Source: Sandaracinaceae bacterium (GTDB taxonomy: Bacteria; Myxococcota_A; Polyangia; Polyangiales; Sandaracinaceae). Taken from it: DNA of 13,227 nt. This document shows, piece by piece, positions 7,737 to 13,227 of this stretch. The DNA lies in the NCBI GenBank assembly GCA_044220955.1, contig JBGAQA010000143.1, forward strand, positions 1-13,227, in the 5' to 3' direction. Each line of letters starts with the position of its first letter. The first letter of the stretch is position 1. The notes under the pieces are model-generated. The model ran no database searches and had not been told where the DNA came from. It was given only the letters and a program-made list of their open reading frames with translations. A program made the position numbers and the translations under genes.

Positions 7737-7745
7737 ACGATACCA
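7737..7745 (-). promoter_or_regulatory. Putative extended -10 promoter (TGgTATCGT), leaderless-type, for the PP2C-fold gene
   Basis: TG-G-TATCGT lies 6 nt upstream of GTG 7730, with no SD. Confidence 0.55.
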
Positions 7746-7777
7746 GCTAACGCGTGCCCCGGGCGGCCAGCAGGGAC

Positions 7778-8574
7778 CTACGCGCGGCCGAACCCGACCT
7801 CGCTCGTCTCGACGACGAGCACCGAGAGCGCGACGAAGATCAGCGTGACCGTCACCACGGCGGCCGCGCAGACGCCGAGCGAGAGGTCCGGCACCCAGTC
7901 GACGCCGAAGCCGCCGCGCGGCAGCCCCGCGAGCTCCTGGCAGAAGTAGTTCATCGAGGCGAAGCGCGCGACGCCCGGCAGGAAGCCGAACACGAACTCG
8001 ACGGAGGCCAGGTGCAGCGTCGAGACCAGCCCCGACGCCTCGACCACGAGCGCGCCCCAGAAGAGACAGATCGCGCAGTAGCAGGCCGAGAGCAGCGCCA
8101 GCGCGCCCGCGTAGCGCATGGAGTCGCCCAGCTCGTCGATCATGTCCGAGGGCGTCGTCGCGTACGACCCCACGTGCAGGACGAGGACGCCCGACACGAG
8201 AAGGCCGGCGCTGAACGTCCAGCTGACGATCAGCTTCCCGAGCGTGAGCGCGAGGCGCCCCGCCGGTCGCGTGGCGAGGAACGTGAGCGTCCGGTTCTCG
8301 ACCTCCTCCGCGATCGCGCCCGACGCGAACAGGAAGGGCAGCAGGAACGCCAGCATCCAGAAGAAGCCGAGGCGCACGGCGGTCTTCACGACCTCGGCGG
8401 GCTCGGCCTCGTCGGCGAGGTAGCGCGACGCGACCGCCGCGATCACGACCAGCGCCGTCGCGATCACGCCGAGGCGCAGCTTGCGGCCCCGCACCGTGCG
8501 GACGAAGCCGAGGCGCGCGTGCGCCGCGACCGCGGTGCCGAAGCCGGGTACGAACGCTCTGGACGGACGGTCGC

Positions 8575-8578
<4 letters not shown>
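7778..8578 (-). CDS. ABC-2-type transporter permease subunit
   Basis: Start GTG 8578 overlaps the ATPase stop (GTGA) and has SD AAGGAG upstream. 266 aa with about 6 hydrophobic segments and the ABC-2 loop motif GAIAEEVENRTLTFLATRPAGR...LGKL. Confidence 0.9.
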
Positions 8579-9641
<1,063 letters not shown>

Positions 9642-9645
<4 letters not shown>

Positions 9646-10505
9646 GTGATCACCTCGGCGCGGCGCAGGCGATGGAGCGAGAGCGCGATCGAGCCGGCGA
9701 CGAACACGCCGAGCACCGGCAGCGCGTGCCACCAGTGCAGCTGCGACTCCGCCTCGACGTGGAAGAGCGCGTCGGCGATCACGCCGAGCAGCCCCGTGAA
9801 CGACCCGAGGTAGAGCCAGGGCCAGTGCCCGATCGCGTCGACGACGGCGGCGAGCGCGTGCGGCACGACGAAGCAGAGCAGCCACGCGCTCATCGTGAGC
9901 GCGCGGCTCTTGCTGAGCGACGAGACCGCGACCGACCCGGCGCCCATCACGACGGCGAGGATCACCGAGTACACCAGGCTCGGGAGCAAGAGGCCCAGCA
10001 TCTCGGTCGCGCGCTCGGTCGGCGACATCACCACCATCACGAGGTCGACCAGGACGGCCGGGACGAACGTGACGCCGAAGATCGGGATGGCCACCGCGAG
10101 CGCGCGGCCCCCGTAGTACTGCTCCGGCGTGACGGGCTTGGCGAAGTAGAACTGGAACGCGCGGAAGGTGAGATCCTCGGCCACGGCCGGCGCGCCCGCG
10201 CCGAGCGTGAGCAGCGAGACCGCGAGCCACGTCTCCGACGCGTACAGGTACCGGAGGGGCTCCGTGCCGTCGAACTCCGGGATCCCCTCCGCGCCGCCGC
10301 CTCCCATCGTGCGCGTCACCCAGAGGCGCAGCGCGACGTACACGGCGAAGACCAGGAGCGGTCCGGCCGAGAGCAGGATCGCGATCTTGACGAGCCACGA
10401 GGCCCACGCGCGCGCGAGCCCGTGGCGCAGCATCACCCACGTGTTGTTCGCGGGCGGCAGGCGCACGCCTTCGTAGGGGCGGTAGCCGAGGTCGCGGACC
10501 GTCAT
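9642..10505 (-). CDS. ABC-2-type transporter permease subunit
   Basis: 287 aa with about 6 TM segments, N-terminal RDLGYRPYEG.R and loop motif VAEDLTFRAFQFYFAKPVTPEQYYGGR. Translationally coupled to the ATPase. Confidence 0.9.
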
Positions 10506-10514
10506 CGGGTCGCG

Positions 10515-10520
10515 AACTTA
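10515..10520 (-). promoter_or_regulatory. Putative -10 element (TAAGTT) for the ABC cassette
   Basis: TAAGTT lies 9 nt upstream of ATG 10505 in an otherwise GC-rich intergenic region, with no SD. Confidence 0.45.
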
Positions 10521-10582
10521 GGCTGCGCCCCGGCGGGCGTCGAGGCCTTCCGCACGGGGGCCCGGCGCCGGGCGCCCTCGGG

Positions 10583-10591
10583 TGGTACCGT
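10583..10591 (+). promoter_or_regulatory. Putative extended -10 promoter (TGgTACCGT), leaderless-type, for the lipoprotein hydrolase
   Basis: TG-G-TACCGT lies 6 nt upstream of GTG 10598. Confidence 0.55.
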
Positions 10592-10597
10592 TCCGGG

Positions 10598-12628
10598 GTG
10601 ACGCGCGCCTTCCCGCTGCTGCTCGCGCTCGTGCTCGCGCTCGGGGCGCCTTCGTGTGCGCCGCCCGAGGCACCCGGCGCCATGGTGCGGATGGACTTCG
10701 CGCGCGCCACGTCGGTCTTCGACGCCCCCTTCCCGTCCGCGGACCTCGTGGACGCGGACGGTGTCGTGGACGTGCACGTCCTGCCCCCGGGCGGGCGCGT
10801 GACCATCGTCGATCAGATCGAGGAGGCGCTCCACGGGCAGCACGGCTTCGGCACGACGAGCGCGGTGCACTTCGCGCTGACCGCCGCGCCCGATACCACG
10901 CTGATTCCCGACCAGCCCGACGCCTCCGACACGACCGAGGTCGTGCAGCTCGTCGACGTCGACCCCGACTCGCCGCGCCTGGGCGAGCGGATCCCGATCG
11001 AGCTCTACTACGTCGAGGACGCCGGGCCCTTCGGCGCGCACGCCCGCCTGCTCACGGCGCTGCCGGTGCAGGGCTGGCCGCTGCGCGCCAGCACGACCTA
11101 CGCGGCGGTGATCCTCGACACGCTGCTGCTCGAGACGGGCCTGCGCTACACGCCCTCGCCGGCGATGCGCGCGATCCGCGATCACCGCGCGCCCGACGGG
11201 ATGACGGCGGCCGCCGCGGACGCGTACCTCGACGCCGCGACGCAGCTCGGGATGCACGACGTGGACGTGGACCACGTCGTCGGCATGACCGTGTTCCGGA
11301 CGCAGGATCCGACGGCGGTGCTCGAGCGCGCGCTCGAGTCGGTGCGCGGCCGCGACGCGATCACGCTCGACGGCCCCTTCACCCTCGAGACGACGTACGA
11401 CGACTACTGCGTCTACCGCTCGACCGTCCACGTCCCCGTCTACCAGGCGGGGGATCCGCCCTACGCGTCGACCGGCGGCGGCTGGGTGTTCGACCAGACC
11501 GGCGCGCTGGTCTTGCAGCACGTGGAGCAGGCGAACGTGCTGCTCACGCTCCCGCGGCGCGCGATGCCGACCGACGGCTTCCCCCTCGTCACGCTCGTGC
11601 GCACGGGCGCCGGCGGCGACCGTCCGCTGGTCGACCGTGGCATCGACACGGCGCGCCACGCGGGCTCCACGCCGGGCACGGGCCCCGCGATGCACTTCGC
11701 CCGCGAGGGCATCGCCGGGATCCAGATCGACGGACCGCACGGGGGCCTGCGGAACGTGACGGGCATGGACGAGCAGTTCCTCGTCTTCAACATCGAGAAC
11801 CCGACGGCGCTGCGCGACAACCTGCGCCAGTCCGCCCTCGAGATCGATCTCCTCGTCGATCTGATCGGCAGCCTCCACGTGGACACCACGGGCTGCGCGG
11901 GACTGACGACGAGCTCGGGCCAGGCGCACGTCGACACGCGGCAGCTCGTGCTGATGGGCCACTCGATGGGCGCGAGCATCGCGCCGCTCGCGGCCGCGTT
12001 CGAGCCGCGCTACCGCGCGATCATCCTCAGCGGCGCCGGCGCGAGCTGGACCGAGAACATCATCCACAAGCAGAGCCCCATCGCCGTGCGTCCCATCGCC
12101 GAGGGCCTGCTCGGCTACCGCGGCGCGGACTCGCGCACGCTGCGCGAGGACGACCCGGTGGTGAACTGGCTGCAGTGGGCGGGCGAGGAGGCGGACGCCG
12201 CGGTCTACGCGCCGCTGCTGGTCCGCGAGGGCTCCCAGCCACGCCACATCCTCATGTTCCAGGGCATCGTCGACACCTACATCATGCCGCCGATCGCGAA
12301 CGCGATGACCATCGCGACGGGGCTCGACCTCGCCGGGCCGGCGCTCGATCGGGACGAGCCGCGCATCGCGAGCTACGCGTCGATCCTCGACGTGCTCCCG
12401 CTGCGCGGCTCGGTGGCGCGCGGCTTCCCGGTCACGGCCAACCTCGCGAGCGGGGACGGCGGTCACGTCACGGGCGCCGTCGTGCAGCACCTCGAGGACG
12501 GCATCGAGGACGGCCACGAGGTGATGTGGCAGCTGCCCGCCGCCCAGACGCAGTACCGCTGCTTCCTGCGCTCGTTCCTGCGAGATCCGGCCCCGCGCAT
12601 CGTGGATCCCGCCGTCGGGTGTCCTTGA
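10598..12628 (+). CDS. Secreted, probably lipid-anchored alpha/beta-hydrolase (lipase/esterase-like) with a large N-terminal beta-rich domain
   Basis: 676 aa. Signal peptide MTRAFPLLLALVLALGAPS-C20, N-terminal PFPSADL...GFGTTSAVHF and PL...TTYAAVI, nucleophile elbow GHSMG (Ser456), candidate Asp559 (FQGIVDTY) and His640 (DGHEV). Strong GC3 bias. Confidence 0.85.
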   Translation: MTRAFPLLLALVLALGAPSCAPPEAPGAMVRMDFARATSVFDAPFPSADLVDADGVVDVHVLPPGGRVTIVDQIEEALHGQHGFGTTSAVHFALTAAPDTTLIPDQPDASDTTEVVQLVDVDPDSPRLGERIPIELYYVEDAGPFGAHARLLTALPVQGWPLRASTTYAAVILDTLLLETGLRYTPSPAMRAIRDHRAPDGMTAAAADAYLDAATQLGMHDVDVDHVVGMTVFRTQDPTAVLERALESVRGRDAITLDGPFTLETTYDDYCVYRSTVHVPVYQAGDPPYASTGGGWVFDQTGALVLQHVEQANVLLTLPRRAMPTDGFPLVTLVRTGAGGDRPLVDRGIDTARHAGSTPGTGPAMHFAREGIAGIQIDGPHGGLRNVTGMDEQFLVFNIENPTALRDNLRQSALEIDLLVDLIGSLHVDTTGCAGLTTSSGQAHVDTRQLVLMGHSMGASIAPLAAAFEPRYRAIILSGAGASWTENIIHKQSPIAVRPIAEGLLGYRGADSRTLREDDPVVNWLQWAGEEADAAVYAPLLVREGSQPRHILMFQGIVDTYIMPPIANAMTIATGLDLAGPALDRDEPRIASYASILDVLPLRGSVARGFPVTANLASGDGGHVTGAVVQHLEDGIEDGHEVMWQLPAAQTQYRCFLRSFLRDPAPRIVDPAVGCP

Positions 12629-12660
12629 TCCCGACACGCCGACCGATGCATTCTGGCTGA

Positions 12661-12948
12661 GTGAGCACGCGGGACCAGATCGCGGACGCCGCCGCGGAGC
12701 TGCGGAAGCTGATCGACCGCCTCGAGGCCGAGGCGATCGGCGCGCTCGACAGCCCGTCGATGGAGCGCCTCGCGGCGTTCGACGGACACCGGCGCCTGCT
12801 CGAGTCGTCGCTCACGATCCTGCGGCGCGCGATCCTGCGGCGCGTGGAGCGCGAGCAGTCGAAGACGGAGCCCGAGGACGCGAACGCGACCGGACCGCAG
12901 CAGGCGCCGCCGGCGATCTCGAAGCGCCCCACGACGCGTCCGCGCTGA
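12661..12948 (+). CDS. Hypothetical protein, 95 aa (predicted helical hairpin plus disordered tail)
   Basis: Third codon positions are almost all G/C. Amphipathic helical pattern (QIADAAAELRKLIDRLEAE; RRLLESSLTILRRAILRRVERE). CATTCT lies 6 nt before the GTG. No recognised family. Confidence 0.7.
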   Translation: MSTRDQIADAAAELRKLIDRLEAEAIGALDSPSMERLAAFDGHRRLLESSLTILRRAILRRVEREQSKTEPEDANATGPQQAPPAISKRPTTRPR

Positions 12949-13151
12949 GCTCCTCGGGGCGGGATGCCCGGGCCGAGTGAATCGGACACGGGGCCCCACC
13001 GACTCCGACTCGGCTCGCTACCGCTCGCCCGCGAGGCAAACAGCTCGTCTCGCGAGGCCGGCCTCGTGATGCCCGCGGCGGACGTGGCTCCGCGCGCGTC
13101 GATTCGCGCGGGTTGACGGCCGCTCCGCGCGACGCGGGGGCGAACGACAAC

Positions 13152-13227
13152 GAGGACGAGGGCGAGGTCGAGAGCGAGGGCGAGGGCGAGGGCGAGGGCG
13201 AGGGCGAGGGCGAGAGCGAGAGCGAGG
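13152..13227. repeat. Hexanucleotide tandem repeat (GAGNNC)n, mostly GAGGGC/GAGAGC, running off the window edge
   Basis: 12 full units plus a partial one: GAGGAC GAGGGC GAGGTC GAGAGC (GAGGGC)x6 (GAGAGC)x2 GAGG. The six perfect GAGGGC units span 13176-13211. Confidence 0.95.

Noticed and set aside
10560..10573. 14-bp perfect palindrome GCCCGGCGCCGGGC between the divergent promoters
   Set aside because: It is entirely G/C, so plausible by chance at this composition. There is no second copy and no adjacent regulator gene.
12953..12977. Imperfect hairpin after the 95-aa gene (CTCGG..CGGG-ATG-CCCG..CCGAG)
   Set aside because: The stem is interrupted, the loop is 3 nt and there is no U-tract; too weak to call a terminator or ncRNA.
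12964..13116. 50-codon + strand ORF (MPGPSESDTGPHRLRLG...) whose TGA overlaps TTG 13113
   Set aside because: Weaker GC3 bias than neighbouring genes, no motif and no clear SD, so it cannot be supported.
12463..13227. Minus-strand frames open from the right edge (poly-LA or poly-SP readings of the repeat; ORFs 12468..12989 and 12812..13150)
   Set aside because: They overlap the better-supported + strand genes and give low-complexity translations.
13152..13227. Terminal repeat considered as a CRISPR array or telomere-like sequence
   Set aside because: It has a 6-bp period with no spacers and no cas genes nearby; it is a simple tandem repeat.

Overview
High-GC bacterial window, most likely from Myxococcota (Polyangiales/Sandaracinaceae-like; inferred from an AgmX/PglI-type C-terminal domain, a Pph1-like PP2C phosphatase and a lipoprotein hydrolase). 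It is densely coding, with 13 supportable genes in this order: AgmX/PglI-domain protein (3' end only), LCAD-type acyl-CoA dehydrogenase, bestrophin-family channel, cytoplasmic hybrid histidine kinase, LeuB-type decarboxylating dehydrogenase, intact PP2C phosphatase, nitroreductase, PP2C-fold protein lacking its catalytic aspartates, ABC-2-type permease/ATPase/permease cassette, lipoprotein alpha/beta-hydrolase and a 95-aa hypothetical protein. The window ends in a (GAGNNC)n hexamer repeat. I found no rRNA, tRNA, CRISPR array or mobile element. The most notable observations are (1) an apparent PP2C pseudophosphatase 0.7 kb from an intact PP2C, (2) a hybrid kinase with a pseudo-receiver and a His-less Hpt domain, (3) a recurring -10-like hexamer 6-11 nt before start codons that lack a Shine-Dalgarno (SD) site, suggesting leaderless transcription, and (4) an ABC cassette with two permeases but only one ATPase. 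All family assignments come from motif recognition by eye; no database searches were run.
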